This document shows positions 41,881 through 56,460 of a stretch of DNA of 64,000 bases, in pieces. The position numbers and the translations under genes were made by a program. The notes beneath the pieces are model-generated. The model was given only the letters and a program-made list of their open reading frames with translations, searched no databases and was not told the origin of the DNA. Every line of letters begins with the position of its first letter. Position 1 is the first letter of the stretch. The DNA comes from Piromyces finnis finn (lineage: Eukaryota; Fungi; Neocallimastigomycota). Location: assembly GCA_002104945.1 (NCBI GenBank), contig MCFH01000016.1, positions 310,001-374,000 of the forward strand, written 5' to 3'.

Positions 41881-42332
41881 ATTAAAATAATTGAGCAAGA
41901 ATTATATAATTTTCTTTTTTCAATTAAGAGTACTTTACTACAAAAAAAAATAATTTTTTTAAAATTCGAATTTTATATAAATTTTCTTATAATTTTATTC
42001 TATAATTTTTTCTTATAATAAATATTAGTATTAATTAAATCAATAATAATTAAAAATTTATTTAATATATGGAATAAAAAATTATATAATAATTTTAACT
42101 ATTGAATATATTATTAATAATTCATCCTCTTCATTTTTGAAATCCTATACTTTCATTTCTTTTTTAAAATTTCAAAAAAAAAAAAAAAAAAAAAAAAGCA
42201 TCAATAGAAAAACACGAATAAAATTATTTATATAAGGATATAAATTTTTATAACTTTATTTATTTATATAATAAATCTAAAATATTTATAAACAGAATTT
42301 TATATTTATAAATTAATGATTTAAATAATAGA

Positions 42333-43425
42333 TTATTCAATTTGGAAACTAGGATCAATTTTTTTCTTCCATTCAAGTAATCCACCAATAATATCTTTAC
42401 TAGCAATTTCTATTTGATGCAAATAATTGTTTTCAATAATAAAAAGATTGTATTAGATTAAATTAAATGTTATTACTATTAATTACTACAAGAAACTTTA
42501 AAATTACCTTGTTCTTTTAATATTGGGATTGAATTTAAAGAAGTAGCGCTGGAGCGACATATAAGATATACTATAAAATAACAATAATTATACATAGGAT
42601 TTAATAATCCTTTTTCATTTTATTCATATATATACATATATAATCCACTTACAAGGAACTTCTGATACATTAGCTTCTTCAGCCTTCTTCTTTAAAAGAT
42701 CTTTAATTTTCTGAGCATTATTAGATAATTCGAGTTTTGGAATATCTTTATATAATTCGCATTAGTTTCTTTTAATATAAAATATTTTATAATATTAAAA
42801 AAATAAAAATAATGATACATACTAATAGCATTTGGTAAGTTGCTTAATTGGAAAGCTTCCTTTGGTCTCACATCTATAAGAACATGTGGTTTATTAACTT
42901 TAAGAATTTCATTATATTCCTAAATAAATTTTTATCAATATAAACTTAATTTTTATTCCAAAGATATTATTGTTATTATATTAAAAAATAGAAGATATTA
43001 TAAAAATAATATTACTTCAACGGTAATTCTATCTTTACTCATGTTTGGATTAGTACACTAAAATAAATTTTGAAAAAAATATTAAATAAAAACAAAATAA
43101 AGGGTTATTAAATTTTTATTTTTTTATTTATTTATTTATTTATTTATTTATTTTTTTATTTATTTATTTATTTATTTATTTATTATTAGTTTTATATATG
43201 ATTATTTTTATTATTTCTATAATAGGAAATTAAAATTCATTATTCAAAATTTTTACCTTTTTCATATTACAAAAGTCTTCATAATCAATCAAAGATGTTA
43301 TTGATGGGTTTTTGCCACATATACTGCAGTTTTCTTGCTTTGGTCTAGTTTTAACAACTCTTACTTTTCCAAGCTCAGCATCATAAATTAAAAGTTTCTG
43401 ACTGTAATTTGCTAATATTTATTAA

Positions 43426-43459
<34 letters not shown>

Positions 43460-44851
43460 CATAATAATAGCACTTAATGTTTTATTTCAATAGTTTTAAA
43501 TATAAATATTTTTTAATTTACCTCCTAATCCTGCAGCTATTTTTATAGCTTCTACAGCTTGAAAACATCCCATTATACCAGGAACTATAGTAATTTAAAA
43601 TATTACTTTTATTAATAAATAAAATATATAATTCCTCTTAAATATAAAAATATAGAAGAATTTACCAACACCAAGGACTCCACTAACATTACATTTTGTT
43701 ACTGTTCCTGCTGGTGGTGGAATTGGATTAAGACATCTGTAACATGGTCCATTATTATAATTAAATACAGATAACTATTATTATAAAATTATTATTAGTA
43801 TTAGTATTAGTAAAGTACTATTATTTAATTTTAATTTTACATACTTGTCCTTCCATTCTCAAAGCACTTGCTTGTATCAAAATCTTGTTCGTTAATATGC
43901 AAGCATCGTTTATTAAATATGTAGCACATACATTATCAGTTGCATCAATTACAATATCATAACTTTAAAAACTTTTGGTAAGTATAAGATAATAAAATAA
44001 TTATTTTGTAATTTTTTAATATGAAATAATTACGGCTTTATTACTGAAAGAGCATTTTCAGAAGTTAATAAAAGTTTGTAGACATAGCATTCACATTTTG
44101 AATTTAATCTTTATATAATATAATTAATTAAATATTTTTTATATTTAATAAAGTATTTATCTATATAAATTTAAAATTTACTTTTTGATAGTTTGTTGTG
44201 CTGAAACTGCCTTAGATAAACCTATTTTAGTTTCATCATGAATGACTTGACGATGAAGATTAGTTTCTTCCACTACATCATTATCAACAATGCCAATTCT
44301 TCCTAATTAATTGAATATTTTTGTTGTTATTAATCATTGACATATTACATATTCTTTTTACATATTTTTAGAGTGGAATTAAAAAATATACATATATATT
44401 CTATTATTATATACCAAAACCAGCAGAACCAAGATATAATATTGCTGTAGACCCTAAACCACCAGCACCAATAATTAAGACTGAAGTGTTTAATAATTTT
44501 AATTGAGCTAAAATTATAATATTTATATATATATGTATTTTTATTATTATTAATTTCACTAATTTCATGATTTATAATCATAAATTTTTCAATTTTCTAT
44601 ATATTGTTGTTTTTAAATTTATTACAATCTTTATTAAAATTGTTCATTAAAATTTGTCTACTATATCTGTCTAAATCTTCCTTTGACATTTCATTTTTCT
44701 TAATTAATGGTGGAATTTCAACATTAGCATCAGTAATAATATTTTTCTCGGATTGTATTTTTTGCTTTTTAATTTTTAATTGCTTCTCTAAGTCACTTAT
44801 TTTACGTTTTAATAATTGGTTTTCTTTAATTAATTCAGATTCATTAGCCAT
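42333..44851 (-). CDS. UBA4: Adenylyltransferase/sulfurtransferase Uba4/MOCS3 (ThiF/MoeB plus rhodanese), multi-exon
   Basis: [67 protein letters not shown]...CNVSGVLGV, a CSICG zinc site, and a rhodanese tail ending [17 protein letters not shown]. Confidence 0.92.
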
Positions 44852-45530
44852 TTTTAAAATTTAATAAATATATTTTTTTTTAACAATATGAATTAAAATA
44901 TACTTTTATTACTACTTCATAATAAGTTAACCTTAAATTTTTACTGGTTAATCGAATCACCAAATAATTGTTTATTTTTTTTTTTTAATAAACTATAATG
45001 ATTTTATTTCCATAATATTATATAGGTAAAATATTAACAAATATAAACATTTAATATTTTAATTTAGCATAAATTAAAAAATAAAAATATACAGAATGCA
45101 AAATTAACCAATTCTTTAATTGTTTAATGAAATAAAAATAGGCAATAGTGTAATATACACTTTATAGCATTACAATGCTTAAAAATAGATTAATATAATT
45201 TCATATAGTATTTATATAATATTTTATTTTATTTTATTTTAAAAGTTTAGATTTTATTTTATTTATAGATAATGATTAGGAAATTAATAAGTTTAAATAA
45301 TATTAATAAAACTCTATTATTAAAAGTATTAATATATATATTGATATATATTCTTTTTTGCTTATATATTTATAAATTTATAAATGTTTTTTTTTTTTTT
45401 TTTTTTTTTTTTAATTAAAGATAAAATCGATTGTATATGCAAATTAATTAGATAAAATAAATCTATATAATAATGGTATTAATTATTTTTCTAGTTTAAT
45501 AAATTCTTATAATTTATAATATATATTAAA

Positions 45531-48500
45531 TTATATATAATCATTATTTATTCCAAGCTCTTCGACTATTTTATTTACCTTATTGAAATTTACCATTTTA
45601 TTTGATATATTATCATCATATTGTGCTATTTTTTGTAATAGAACAGCTTTAATATAAATAGCTGTTGTATTCTTTTCCATTTCTGCAACTCCTTCTTTCC
45701 ATTTTTTAACAGCTGCTTTTTTAGATTTAAATATTAATAATTCTGTTCCTAACATTACATATGATATGACTTTCACAATGTATATCATCTTCATTTTCTT
45801 TATTAAAAATTTAAATCTTTTAAATATTTTCTTACAATAATATTTTTCTTCTCTGTCAAACGCATTTTCTTTAAAATAGGCTTCTACAATAAAATTCGAG
45901 AAATTTAGCATTGATAACGCAATAGGCCAGGTATAAATGCTTACATCGTTTAATAATTTGTTTATATCTATTAATATTTTTAATATATCATATTCCATAC
46001 CTATACGATATTTTGAAAAACTATCTAATATATAACTATTTAAAGCAAAAGTACATGGGTTTATACTAATTAATGTATTATCTTTTAATTTAATATCTTT
46101 CTTTTCTTTTATATTCTCCAATAGTATAATCCAATGACGAATATGATCTTCAGTTGCATTTTGTGCTAAATTATTTTGTAGGATTAAGAATGAACCAAGA
46201 ACAGAGCATTTCCATGAAGAAGTTTTTGTTCCATACTCATAAAGAGAATGGAATATTTTTTCACAACTTTGCCTTTTTTCGGAGAAATAATATATTATAC
46301 ATTTCATAATATAGCTTTCTTCAAAGCATAATGAATCTACGTATGTATTAGATAGATCTAAAATTGAATTATATTTCTCAATAGCATCATCCCACATTCC
46401 AATAGTAAAAAGTACTTGTCCATTTGATAATATTAATTGTTTAGAATATTCACAATCAAATTTCTTTGATAATAAATCCCTATCTTCTCTGATATATTCT
46501 ACAATTTCATTGACACTTTTATTGTACATTATAGAAGCTTGACCTGCATATGTTTTAAATTTTAGATAGTATTCATCTTTTGAAAATAATTCGGATATAT
46601 TTTGTCCGAGTGTTACATAATATCTACATTTATTATATTCACATTTTGATATATATAATTTGATTAATGGAATTAATGTTAATCTTACACATTGTAGTAT
46701 TTTTGCTCTATTTTTGTCTTTAGCATTTTTTTCATCTTTTGTTTCAGAATTTATATTATTATCATTGTTATTATTATTATTATCTTTATTGATATTTAAA
46801 CTTCCACTCTTACTTATGTAATTTATTTTTGAGTCATTATTTTTTATATCTCCATCAATTGAATCAAAATTATCCTCTTGAAATACCGGAATAGATGATG
46901 ATCTATTAGATGTTACTGCTCCCTTTTGAGTAAGTGATATATTGTTTGGTACTCCAAGTTTATTAAAGGAGCTATCACTGTCTTTTTTATTCTTTAATTG
47001 CCTACCATTATTGTTAGATGAATCATAGTTTGACATTTGATCTCGTGAAACATTTATATCAGGTATACTACTCAACGTTTCGTGTATGGAGTAGTCATTT
47101 ATATCCATGTTAGATAATTCATCATCATTGAAATAATTTATTCTTGGTGTTTCTTTTATTGACATATTTTGTGATTTTACAATTGAATCTTCAGAATCAG
47201 ATGGACAATCATATATAGTTTTTGATTTCGACTTTGTAAAATTATGTAATTTTTTATTTTTATACATCTCATATTTGGTGGCAAAGAACAATGTTATACC
47301 TTTACTTGGGTATGATTGTCCTAAGATTTTTAATGATTCTAAAAGGTGTTTTTCTGCTTTGTCATATATTGAATTTTCTAAATAAGCTTCACCTAATTCT
47401 CTTTGCCATCTTGATAATTTTAATGGATTTTTTTGTTTTGATTCTTCTAATAACTTTTCATAACTTTGAATTGCTTCTGTCATAAAATGTTTTTCAAAAT
47501 AAAAATGACATACCATTTCTAAAAATTCAAGTCTTTTAGTATCATCTGCACAACCTGCATCAGTATAATGTTGATATGTCGAAATTACCAAACGACGATG
47601 ATTCATAATATTTTTCTTCAATAGGTTTTCATAATAATCAGCAATCTTAGCATGTAATGATTTTTTAATATCTGGAGGCGTCATGTTATATATACATTTT
47701 TGAACAATACTATTTTTAAATTGGAAATAAATTTCATCATCTTCCATATCTATCCTTGATAAATATCCATATTTATCCATTTGATTAATAAATTTTATTA
47801 TATCTTCATGATATTGCATGTCATTATCTGGCAATAGAAATAGAACGTCATCTAAAAGAAAAACTTGACCTAATACAGAAGCCATTTTTAAGAATACTTG
47901 GAAATTTCTTGGAAGATGATCAAATTCAGAAGTAATAATTGTTTGAATATCATGATCAGGTATTATAGTATCAAAATCATAATTTGGATCATTGATTTCT
48001 AAACATTTATTATAACTTACTTTGAATTTCACAGAGTTTGCTTTGTCTTTATCTGTTTTAACATCGTTATTTTTTGAACTTTTGTCTTTATCTTTTTCTT
48101 TGTCTTTTTGTTGTTGAATTTGTAGTGCTTGTTCATGGTTTAATTTCATCATATCTCGAATTGCTCGAATTAGTGCTTTAGCATATAATGGATTACCATT
48201 TGTTCTATGATACACATTATTTATAATATTTTCTGATACGCTTGAAATTTCGGGTATAATATTTTCATTATCTTTACTTTGATTCCAATATTGAACGAAA
48301 AAGCTTTCAATTTCGTTTTTATTTAAACCTTCAACTCTTGTTACAACAGCTTGACCCATTACTTTAATATTTTTAAATACGCTTAATTCATTTTCTTGAT
48401 AAGCATTTTCACAACGAGAATAAATTATAAACATTAGATTTGGACAATTATTAATTAACTAATTTTAAAATATTATACAAATTAATTTTGTATCAAAATA

Positions 48501-51500
48501 TATTACATAATAAAAAATATTAGCATTTATATAAAATTATATATGATAATAAAGAAAATATTAACGAAATGGTGTAATTATATATAGAGTAATAATGTAA
48601 ATTTTATTAAATAATAATTAAATTATTCTTATAGGATATTTCATCTTACCTTATTTGTTAATTGCCATGACGAATAATCCATAAATTGTGTTTCTTGAAT
48701 TAGAAATATTAGTGGGTATTTACTTGATACATTAAGAATTATTCTTTTTAACATTTCAAAGAACTCTTTTTGTCTGTTTTGACCTCGTATATGCACAGTA
48801 AGTTCATTATCCAGGAAATTATGTGGATAAATAACATTAAACACGGGATACATTAAAGGATTTTCATTAAATTTTTCCAAACACACCTTTAATCTATTCT
48901 CTAATTCAAATATACGATTTACTTTATAATCAATGTCATGACTTCCTTCATAAATATTATTAAAACTTTTGTCACCGCCAGATGTATTATCTATATTTGA
49001 TGTATTGGATGAAGGCTTTAAATCCTCAGATGTTCTTATATTAAACGGTTTTTTAACTTGAGTTCTTGAATCTCTTAAATTAAATGAATTATCTTTTGAA
49101 TTTACAGTTGATTTGCCTAATGAATCCACTGATTTTCCTTTACTTCCAGATTCAAATATATCCTGGCTAAAATCAGGTGAATCTTTTATATATAATTCAC
49201 CTTCCCCATTTATATATGAATTATTAATATTATTGTTATTACTCTTTTTAGCTTTTATTGTACTACTACTTCTTCGAATTATTTTTGATACTCTATTTTC
49301 TGCTGGTATGACATATTTCGAATCTTTCTCAACTTTTGCTTCTTCTAGTATCATAAATAAATCTGATAATATCGATCTATATACATAATATGGCGTTGTA
49401 CTCTCCATTTCCACTGATACACCAGAACTATTAACAAGAATATATAAATATTTTAATATTAAAATAATTGTTTAATATATTTATTTTATTTATTATATAT
49501 AAAATATTAAAAATATCTCCAATATCTACCATATCATACAATTCATTTGAACTGCTTTATTTTTGGTATATTTAACTAATGTAGATAAACCTTGTCCACC
49601 TTCACCCTCAAAAATCATAATTTTTGTTTGTTTAACTAAATGAGCTTCAATTAATCCATCGATAATCTTTTTTTCTTTTACTCTTCCTATTATTTTTCCT
49701 TCATTATCCAACTCAATTTTCTTTTCTTGAATTGTTAATGCTTTATATACAGGAATTGAATGGTCTTTACCTTTTACTTTTATTTCACCTAATGGCTGGA
49801 ATGTACAATCTACACTACTTAGATTGAAAGTTTTTTCATCACAAAATACATTACCATCTGGTTTGATAGTTTTATTATTTTTATCAATACACATAAGACG
49901 AGCAGCCATATTAATTGAATCACCCATCTATTCATAAATTGATAATTTAATATTTTGATTAATATTAATTAAAATTAATATTATTAAATAAAATTTATAG
50001 ATAGGATAAATTTAATTGTATTTTTTTTTTATAATTACCATTGCGTATTCTGTACGAATAGATTTACCAACACCTCCAATAGCAATAACACCTGTTGTTA
50101 CACCAAATGTATAATTTTTCTCTGGAAAAAGATCAGCTAATTCATTTGAGATAGATAATGCTGCCTTCACTCCACGAATAGCATCATCTGTATGACCAAA
50201 TGGAGGTAATCCGAAAAAAACTAAAAGTAAGGCACCCTTATCATCACAATGGAATTGTCGAATACAACCTTCATATTTTCTAACATGATTTTGAACAATT
50301 ACCATTGTTTCTTGAGCAACACCTAAAGACTCTATTGATTTAAATTTAAGTGTCGAAACTCTAATGAAAACAGTTGTAACTTGTCGTGTATCATATATGG
50401 ACATAAGGTGTTCTAAATCATCTCGTATTCCGAATGCAGGACAATTTTGGATATCGTCTTTTAATTTATATAGAGCATATGGATTAATAAATGGTTTATA
50501 TAGTTCTATATTTAAATTATTTGGAACTGAATCAAAAATATCAAATGCAGCTTCCTCATCTAATGATAATGGTGGAACTTTTCGTGTACAATTCTCTAAT
50601 CCTTTTACTATAACACAACGTTTATCATATCCACCAATAGTAATAGAAGCAACATCTACTACATTACCAAAATGTCTAAATGCTTGATGTGATAAAGCAA
50701 GTTCACCTATTATTATTTTTATTTATTATTTGCAATGAATATAATATATATTGTTATTTTTTGTAATAATATAATTTAAGATTTAATTATATTAAAATAT
50801 ATCAATTTAAATATATTTCTTTTTGATAATTTTTATTACCTGCTTCAGCTAAATCAAGTACAGTTGAAATTTGATCCATTGCATCACCACCAATAAAATG
50901 TTCCCATCTATCTTTTCCTCCTACATGAATATCATAAATTTTTCCTGCCCCAATACCTAAGTGTATTTTTAATTCAGTTATTTCACAATCTTGTATATTA
51001 ATAGGAAATCTTCCCAATTGATTTAAAAGTTTAATGCAACAATCACATGCCATTAATACTAATTCACCTCGAGTAGGATCTTCACTTATATCATCTAAAT
51101 TATCATCATTTATTTTCCAATAAAAAATTACAGCATCACCCACAAATTTTACAATATCACCTTGACAGGTTAAAATAATATGAATGATCTATAAATTTTA
51201 ATTATATAAAAAGAAAAATTAATATTTTATGGTAATTATATCTTACCAGACTGTATTTAATATATATTTTATATTTCTATTTTATTTTACCTGATCAAAA
51301 TAATTTTTCATAACATTTAATAACATTCGTGCACCGATATCACCTCTTTCTGCAAGCTTCGCTGTAAGTTTACTATAACCACTAACTACATATTTATATA
51401 TTTTATTAAATATTGAATAATAATTATTATTATTATTTTTATTTAAATAAAATTTTATATATCAAAGAATTTTAAATTTTATTGTATTTAGAACAGATGA

Positions 51501-51994
51501 TTGAAATATAAATGATATATATATGAAAATACATAAATGGTAATATTTAAAATAAATTAAAAATTCCATATATGGAAAATTAAATTTATACAAGAATTAT
51601 TAAATAAATAGAGCAACACAAGTTAAAAAAAAATGGAAATATGAACAAAATAAATAATATAGTTTTTTAAAGAAAAAATATCGACAAAATAATAATTATG
51701 ATAATATAAATTATTATTAAATTAATGAAATTATGAAACTTTTATTAATAATAATTATATAAAAAATGATTTTTGAGAAATGATATTTATTCATAATAAA
51801 TATATATTTTTATTTTTATTACCATCAGCCATAACTACTACACCAAAGCATTCTGTACAAAATGGTTCCATAGTTAGTTCTGTTACATTATCTCCATTTT
51901 TTTCTGAATATTGTTCTAATAATTTTTGAATATGCCGACATACAAAATTTGGAACATATTGTTCAAATGTTTTTTGAACTCTCTCATTATCCAT
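45531..51994 (-). CDS. Soluble adenylyl cyclase type 10-like: tandem class III cyclase domains, P-loop (STAND-like) domain and helical/TPR-like C-terminus
   Basis: C1 motifs VMADVSGYSKLT and VKFVGDAV. C2 motifs RQVTTVF, CDDKG...FGLPP, GVTTG, EYAMMGDSINMAARLM and KGK. Then IIGRVKEK, a P-loop-like EGEGGQGLST, RTNGNPLY, LKMASVLGQVF and FQFKN. This is the ADCY10 architecture. Confidence 0.88.
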
Positions 51995-54282
51995 TTTTAT
52001 ATATTAATTTAAAGTTCTATTATAATGTTGTTAATATAAATAAAAAATGCTTCTCTAATTATTTTTTATAGTTGTATACTACATATATAACAGTTTTTCA
52101 TCAAGTATATTAAAATAAAATTAATTATAATTGAATATTTTTTAACTATTTTTATTCTAAATTTACTGTTATGTCTATATTAATATAATAGTTATACAAT
52201 ATTTTATTAAAAATATTTGTTTATATAAATAAAATCAACTTTGGTATTGTTACTGATATATATATAATTAAATAAATAAGTGAAAATTAATAATTAATGC
52301 TTATTAATCGAAGTTTTATGAATAGGAATATTAGTTGCTTGTGAATAGGAATATGTTAATGATTAATATTTTATTTAAATAAAATATTTTTAATTTGATA
52401 AAATTTGAAAATTTGTAATCTTTTTTTATCAATATTAAATATTTTATTTATATTTTTATAATAATAAAAATATTTTTTTCTTCTAAAAAATAATAATATT
52501 ATTACATATTTAAATATATTTTTGTATTATTTATTTGTCAATATTATAATTGCTATATATCCAAAATGTTATATACATGTTTTTTAGTATTGATTTTTTT
52601 TTTTTTATTTATTTATTTCCTCAATGAAAATAATGTGATATATGAATAAGATAACTCCAAATTTTATGCTTATATCAACAAATACATATTTAAATATATC
52701 TTATTAACATAAATCAGATATCTTCAAATGCTATAATATCTTCAAATTATTATATTCTAATATTCTTCGAATATCTATACTTTTTTGTTTTTTATTATTA
52801 TTTGTTTTAAAAAATAAATTTTAATATTTAGATTTTAAGTTTGAAATATTTTCTCAATAAATTATTAAATAAAACATAATTAAATATAACTTTTTGATTT
52901 AATAATTATAAAAATAAAAATATTATTTATTATTTCTGATAATTATAAAAATAATAATAATTAAAATTTTATAAATTATGTAAATAATTTTATAAAAAAA
53001 AATATTATTTTAAAGAAGGCAATAATATATCATGTATAAAAATAATTATTATATAAATAACTATAAAATAATTAATATCTTATATAAATATAATTATTAA
53101 TAAAATAAAAAAGTAATTTATAAATAAATATGAATTTGTTTTACTTTTTATTTGACCATATAAATTTTAAATGTTAAATATATGTTTATTCTTATGAAAA
53201 AGATACACTTTAAAATTGAATATATAGATATATATTAATTTATTAATAATTATAATTTTATTTGTTTTATTTTTGATAAATTATGGATTAAATATAATTA
53301 AATATAATAAAGTCATTTTATAATAAATGTACCATTTTAGTATAATCTTATATATTTAATATTTAATAAATAATAAAATAAAAAATATTTACAATAAGAA
53401 TTTAAATAATTATAGATAAAAAAGATATTTCATATATAATATTTTTAATATTTATAAACTTTGTTAATATGATTTGAAAAAAGAGAAGAAAAATAAGTAA
53501 ATTTTTGTAAATAAAATTTTTTTAAAGAATAAAAGTATTTTAATATTTCATAAGTAAGTTTCATATTATTATTAATTTTTTTTTTTTTTTTTTACATTTT
53601 AATATTTTAATAATTATAAATTTACGATAATATTTAAAAACTTTAATAATCTTAAATTTGTAATAATTATAAACTCGGTTTTAAAAAAAAAACTATGTAA
53701 TTAACTTTTTTTTTTCTAAAATATTTCTCACATAATAATTTGTTAGTAAAAAAATATAGATATAGATAAATTTATAATAAATAATATTATAATTTATATT
53801 TCAATATTTGTTAATATTGATTATTGATATTAAAATTAAATCATTAGTTTTTACAGTTCAAGTTTTTTTTTTTTTTTTTTACTAATAAACTTATTAATCG
53901 CATATATTTTGCTGCTAAAGTACTTTATATATTTATTATGATGTATATTTATAAATGAATATTTAATATAATCCGGAATAATAATAAATGCAAAAAAATA
54001 TATATATATATATACATATATATTTTAAATTTTTATTCTTTATTATTTATATTTACATATAGAGTTTAATAATAATTGAATATTTTAATATATAAATTGT
54101 TTTTTAAAGTATAAAGTGATAACCTTTTATTATTAATACTTATTAATATTCTATTTTTTGCTTTCATTTTTTTTTGCTTTTTCTCTTTGCATATCAATTA
54201 TCAACTATAATATATAAAAAATAATGTTAGTTTTTAAAATTTATTATAATAAATCCTAATATAAAAATTTCTTTTGTTATAT

Positions 54283-54531
54283 TTAAATTACATTTTTCTT
54301 TTCTTCATATTTAATAGCATAACATGCCAAACTATTAATTAGATAAGCTTGTGGAGTAATAATTGTTAAATGATGATCTTTACCAGTTCTTACTGAATTA
54401 TAATCAAAAACTATAGTGTCTGATGTCCATTGCCATTTCATTCTTTCATATGTTTGTGAAAAAAGAATTTTCTAAAAAATTAATTAATATTTTAATATTG
54501 TTAATAATCATATTTTTCTATATTATCTTAC

Positions 54532-54627
<96 letters not shown>

Positions 54628-55966
54628 ATTGTTGTTGTTTTTTGTTGTTAATTTTCTTACTGGATTTTTTAAATCAACTATATGCATTCCAGTATCATTG
54701 ACACCGATAACCCAGTTTTCAGTTCTTTTTTGGAAAAGACCTTGAGGTGGTGCACTTTTACAAGCTGGGAAAAATGATGATCCATAAAATGCCCATTGAC
54801 GAGTATATTGGAGATAACTAATGTTATATATTTCAAAATTAAGTTAAAAATATTACTATTTTTTTATTTCTATTTCCTCTTAACTATATTATTTTAATTA
54901 ACTAATAATTACAGCATTCTTGCCATATAAACTGATTTTCCTGAGTATGTTTGATATTTATCTAAAATTAATCTTTCCCATTCCTCTGGGGATTTTGATC
55001 CATAATGATAAGATGGAATAAATTCTGTTAAACTATCTGAATCACTATTATATTAAATAAAGAACAAATAAATATATTATTTCTTCTATTACTTTTTTTT
55101 AAAAAAAAATATATATATATATAATGTTTTAATAATATTTATTATTAATACCTTAAAAAACCAATAACATGTTTACCTTCATCGTAATCACCATACATAG
55201 TTTGCATTTGTAAAGCTGCCAACGTTATAACATCATCTTCAGTACATGGGTATCTTCCAGTTAAAACATTTTGTCTTGCCTTTTATTATATACATTTACA
55301 ATTTAGTATTTTTGTTGAAAATATTATATTATTATTTTTGTTTTTCAAATAAATGAATAAATCTTTAAAAATATTGTAAAACTATTCATAAATATCCAAA
55401 ATAAATTTATTATTAACCTCTCCATAAAATAATCTAATTGAAGCTTCGTCAGAACACTTTCTTTCAACATTTCTTGAGATTATTGCTTCTCTTTTATATA
55501 TATATATAAAATTATTATATTCACTATTTGGATTGTCAATAGCTTCTATACTATGCGTGTATTTTTCTAAATATTTTGGCCATTTTTTTGCTAATGTAAA
55601 TAAATCAAGCTCTGACCTTACTTGTAATTCTTAATTTTTTTTTTCAAAATTTTGAAATTAATATTATAATTATTTATAAAATAATTTTTTTTTTTTTTCT
55701 TTCTTTTTTTTTCATTTAATTAATATAGTTTATTTACCAAGTTCATTATGAACCATCCATAAAGAACATAACTGCTTTCCTTGAGGACTTTGCCCTTCTC
55801 TTTCTGCCATTCCATCGACTACTGTTTTAGCTAGTAATTGCTGTTGATATGGAAATTTTAAACGTTGGTCACTAATCGCATCACCAGCATATGTTCTTAT
55901 TTTAACAAATATAAAATCAGGTTGTCCATTTTTATCATAATGAATTGTAATTGGTATATTTGACAT
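54283..55966 (-). CDS. FERM-domain protein, FRMD8 (iTAP)/KRIT1-like, multi-exon
   Basis: Spliced CSLWMVHNELELQV...KKWPKYLEKYT and RREAIISRNVERKCSDEASIRLFYGEAKQNVLTGRYPCTEDDVITLAALQMQTMYGDY, resembling recalled FRMD8 FALWLVSPLLEVQL...QWPELL and RLLYEEAKGNVLAARYPC. Confidence 0.75.
54532..54626. repeat. Perfect (TAT)n microsatellite inside an intron of the FERM gene
   Basis: About 31 uninterrupted triplets; explains the poly-Leu ORF 54423-54701. Confidence 0.92.
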
Positions 55967-56429
55967 GTTATTGTTATTATTATTAATTATTGATTAATTG
56001 TTAAAATAAAAACTTGTTTTTTTTTTATGAATAATTTAATCTGTATTTTATAAAATCTGTAATTTATTTTATCTCTTCTTTATTATATATATTTATAAAT
56101 ACTAATTAATTATCTCTTGGTGATATATTTAAATATTATAATAAATAATGTTAATCCTAATATAATTTATAAATTATATAGTAATTATTTTTCTACTTTT
56201 TTAAAAGAAATAATTATAATCTAATTTAAAATATATGTATAATTTAATTAAATGTATTTTTTCATAATAAATTTATTTATATTTAGAAATATTTATATAT
56301 TTTTTATCTTTCTTCATTTAATGTTATTTTTCTTTTCCTTCTTTCCTTTTATTTTATTTCGTTTTAAGTTTTAATTTTATAAATATATATTATTGTTACT
56401 GTTATTCTGTTATTTTAAATGTTATTATT

Positions 56430-56460
<31 letters not shown>

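Noticed and set aside
52600-52790. Slightly GC-richer patch with repeated ATATCTTCAAAT, considered as a decayed gene fragment
   Set aside because: No recognisable protein motif in any frame, unlike the PCNA-like patch.
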